The position numbers and the translations under genes are program-made. Below the pieces are notes generated by a model, which searched no databases, was not told the DNA's origin, and saw only the letters and a program-made list of their open reading frames with translations. A DNA stretch of 64,000 bases from Amphiscolops sp. MND2022 (taxonomy: Eukaryota): assembly GCA_964187785.1 (NCBI GenBank), contig OZ076409.1, positions 868,001 through 932,000 on the forward strand. Reading direction: 5' to 3'. This document shows positions 60,593-64,000 of the stretch, piece by piece (the first letter of the stretch is position 1; every line of letters starts with the position of its first letter).

Positions 60593-60815
60593 CAAGGTGC
60601 CTTTTCCCATGCAAGGCGGGAAAAGGGAAGAAGAGAAGCAGAAGAAGGGAGTGGGAGGAGGAGGAGGAGGAGGTGGAAGAGGCTCTGTGGAAGGGGGCGG
60701 AGACAAAGGCAAGCATGAAAAGGGAGAGGAGGGAGTGTCCAACAAGAGCAGGAGCAGTGTGGGCGAGGATTCTCAAATGAGTCATCAGGGCACCCTCAGT
60801 GCCAAGTCCAAGAAC
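60593..60815 (+). CDS. Class A GPCR exon D (G/K/E/S-rich ICL3)
   Basis: Acceptor aaatag| in phase 2, matching exon C; purine-rich open frame; donor AAC|gtaagt. Confidence 0.65.
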
Positions 60816-61044
60816 GTAAGTATGTCTCTCTCCCCGCAAACAGAACGAAGGTTGTTCACACTTTGCTAACCTTACCCTAGGTTGAAAAAATCACATTTTC
60901 CAGCAAAATTGTAAGCAGTAAGATTTGCGAATTTCAGCTGAAAATGGTACAAAATTTTACGAAAGTCTTGCCAAACTTGCATTGTTCGAGTTGAAGAACT
61001 ATTGAGCAAAGTTGATACCCGCCTATTGATCAGCAAAAAATATG

Positions 61045-63126
61045 TGTCATGCTCGGAAGCATGAATAGAACGGACGACTACTACCAGTCGTCACAAACTC
61101 AGAAACTCAAATATTTATGTAATCAATTTTCATGAAAATATTAGAAGAAGGACAAGACGACTGGCTTAGCCGGTCGCCAAGTATATCAATATTTTCATGC
61201 AAACCAATACAATTAATATTCTTTTTGATGAAGCATCGATTTCTACAATTTAGTAGTTTTAGTATCTATTACTATAAAAGCATCCAAATACACAACAACG
61301 ACGATTGCCGTTGGTCATCAATTGTACTTGAAGCATCGCTTAGTTTACAATTAGAGAACATTGTTCATATTGTCAAATTACAGTAACCGTGGTTACAAGT
61401 TGCAATAATTCAGTGTTATTACCACAATGCAGTGCAAACCGATTACTAATTACTCAAACTAGTGTGTAGCAGGTGCAAATGAACATTTGTGTGCATGTAC
61501 ATGTTGGTTTTTGACAAATTTAACGTGCAGTTGTAATTGCGCTATAAATAACACCTGATGTAACGACCAATCATAAAGCAGATAACTAACGACGCATAAT
61601 TAGGAATGACTACTGCAAAAGGTACGAGTGAAATTCAGTACGATTTTTGGATTGCAACACGTACAGATGCTCTCAGTCTTCATCTTCGATTTCAAAACAA
61701 TTACACTACTATACCTAAACAATTCCCTTCAAAAGCATCTTTGTTTCATCAATTCAATAATTCAATCTTTAAACCCAGATAACTTTCCAAATCGTGATGA
61801 CCAGAGCTCATAGTGCTAGCAACAACCAAGCTAACCTTACTAATATGGATGAATGTAGCGATAAAGACAGTGACATCAGTTTGCCTGGATTTAGTTCGCA
61901 AAACTTAAATGTCAGAAACAATGATCAACAAATGATTGATTGTGAGAGAGGTCATGAAAAGGTTCGAATCGAGCAACGACTCAATGACATAAACCGACAA
62001 AGAGAAGAACTTACTTCCTAAGTACGAACTTTCATCAAGAAAACAGCCTCTAGTAGTAGAGAAGAAATCACTCCATTTATCAACGGTTGAGAACGCCAAG
62101 TCATTCTCTTCTCTACTACTAGAAGCTGCTTTCTCGGTATGAGTTCGTACTAAGGATGTAAGTTCTTCTATTTGTCAGTTCAAGTCATTGAAGCGTTGCT
62201 CGATTCGAACCTTTTCATGATCTCTCTCACAATCAATCATTTGTTGATCATTGTTTCTGGCAATTAAGTTTTGCGAATCCAGGCAAACTGATGTCACCGA
62301 CTTTATCGCTATATTCATCCATATTAGTAAAATTAGCTTGGTTGTTGCTAGCACTATGAGCTCTGGTGATCACGATTTGGAAAGTTATCTGAGTTTAAAT
62401 ATTGAAATATTGAATTGATGAAACAAAGATGGTTTTGAAGGAAAGTGTTTATGTATAGTAGTGTAACTGTTTTGAAATCAAAGATGAATACTGAGAACGT
62501 CTGTACGTGTTGCAATCCAAAAATCGTACTGAATTTCATTCGTACCTTTTGCGGTACTCACTCCTAATTATGCTTCGTTAGTTATCTGCTTTATGATTGG
62601 TCGTTACATCAGGTGTTAATAACAGCGCAATTACAACTGCACGTTAAAGTTGTCAATAACCAACATATACATGCACATATATGTTTATTTGCGCCTGCTA
62701 CAAACTAATTTGAGTAATTAGTTATCGATTTGCACTGCATTGTGGTAATAACACTAAATTATTGCAACTTCTAACCACGGTTGAGGTAATTTTACAATGA
62801 TGAACGATTTTTTCTAAATGTATACTAAGCGACGCTTCAAGTACAATTGATGACCAACGACAATAGTCGTTGTTTTGTATTTCGATGCTTTCACAGTAAT
62901 GAGTATTAAAACTACTCAATTGTAGAATTCGATGTTTCTTGACAAAAAATATGAACTGTGTTGGTTTTCATGAAACTGTTTGAATACTTGGCGACCGGTT
63001 AAGCCAGTCGTCTTGTCCTTCTTCTAATTGTTCCATGAATATTGATGAAATAAATGGTTGAGTTTTTGAGTTTGTGACGAGTGGAGGTAGTAGTCGTTCG
63101 TTCTATTCATGCTTTCGGGCATGACA
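61045..63126. repeat. ~2.08 kb imperfect palindrome of two LTR-like ~1.03 kb arms
   Basis: 61045-~62072 is the diverged reverse complement of ~62099-63126; ends TGTCATG...CATGACA. Confidence 0.9.
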
Positions 63127-64000
63127 TAATGGGAGTGATAAATGGTACCATTTCGATACTCTCAACCTCAGGTTTACGCAACAAACGAACGGGCCTTATC
63201 TATCCCTCTCATAACCGTTTCTACTCAAACCCTTTCCTCTCAAAAACAGCTGAAAGAAGAAAACTCCATTATAGTCGAACACCTACACAGAACTTTCTAT
63301 TACACCTGTCTTCAGTGGCTAAAAATTCACATCAGTCATTTTGTAATAATTGAGGAAAAATTCTAGAGATGTTGAAAAATAAGAATTTACATGGAAAAGC
63401 ACGAGATTTAGTGCCATCGATGGATCTATAGTATTCGCAGCAGCCTTACTTTGCTGAGAATAAAAACCTTTTCTGTTCAATTGCACTTTCCAGTGTTGAC
63501 TCTGCGGGCTGTAGAAAACAACAAAAAGCAGCAATTAATACAGTTGAGAGCTTAAAGTTTGCAACAGTAGTCCGCTGGATGATCAAAGCACCAATTCCCT
63601 CTTCGCACAGACCATTATAAAGTGTTGGAAAATTACTTCCTTCAACTTGAACTTTATTTTCTGTGAGCGTCTGGTGTGGAAATTGAATACGTTAACACCA
63701 ACAGCAGTTCTTACCACTTAGCTTGGACTCGTTTGCTTTTAACTTTCCTCTAATTGCTCAAAATTTCGAACTTCTGAAGTTTTTTGAAGCTCCAATTTTG
63801 CTACCTTTAAAGGAATGCATATGTGTTAATGTTTTCCTTATGCATAGTTATAACCACAGTCTTTATTCAATCGAAATTTGTTATGTATTTACATGCCGCG
63901 GGCCTGCGGCCAATGTGTATTGCTTATTTCGAAAAAAAATAGAAAATTCAGAGACCTTGCTGTGAAAGATCTTGTAAAACTTCCCTGCATCTTGGAAAAT

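Overview
AT-rich, repeat-dense animal genomic DNA; the species cannot be determined from the sequence, though it looks invertebrate. The host gene is a + strand class A (rhodopsin-like) GPCR. Four of its exons (1508-1704, 54582-54723, 56767-56936, 60593-60815) splice in matching phase, which implies a ~52.9 kb intron filled with transposable elements. That intron holds three main things. (i) An 8.5 kb decayed Ty3/gypsy element (7015-15517, TSD TGACA) whose ~1.74 kb LTRs contain the first ~195 codons of gag. (ii) A very young 18.1 kb retrovirus-like Ty3/gypsy element (25315-43415; 412 bp LTRs differing at one base; TSD GAAC). It carries small membrane uORFs, an RS-rich Gag, Pol, a Met-less ORF, a chuvirus/gB-type class III fusion env and two orphan ORFs. 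Its leader holds six covarying pseudoknot-like RNA motifs, one of them circularly permuted. (iii) Many nested non-autonomous elements: TA-TSD MITEs, GG-ended and hAT MITEs with 8-9 bp TSDs, Helentron/DINE-1-like repeats and a solo LTR. A third gypsy gag runs off the left edge on the minus strand, and a ~2.1 kb palindrome made of two LTR-like halves lies at 61045-63126. All family assignments rest on motif recognition by eye; no database searches were run.
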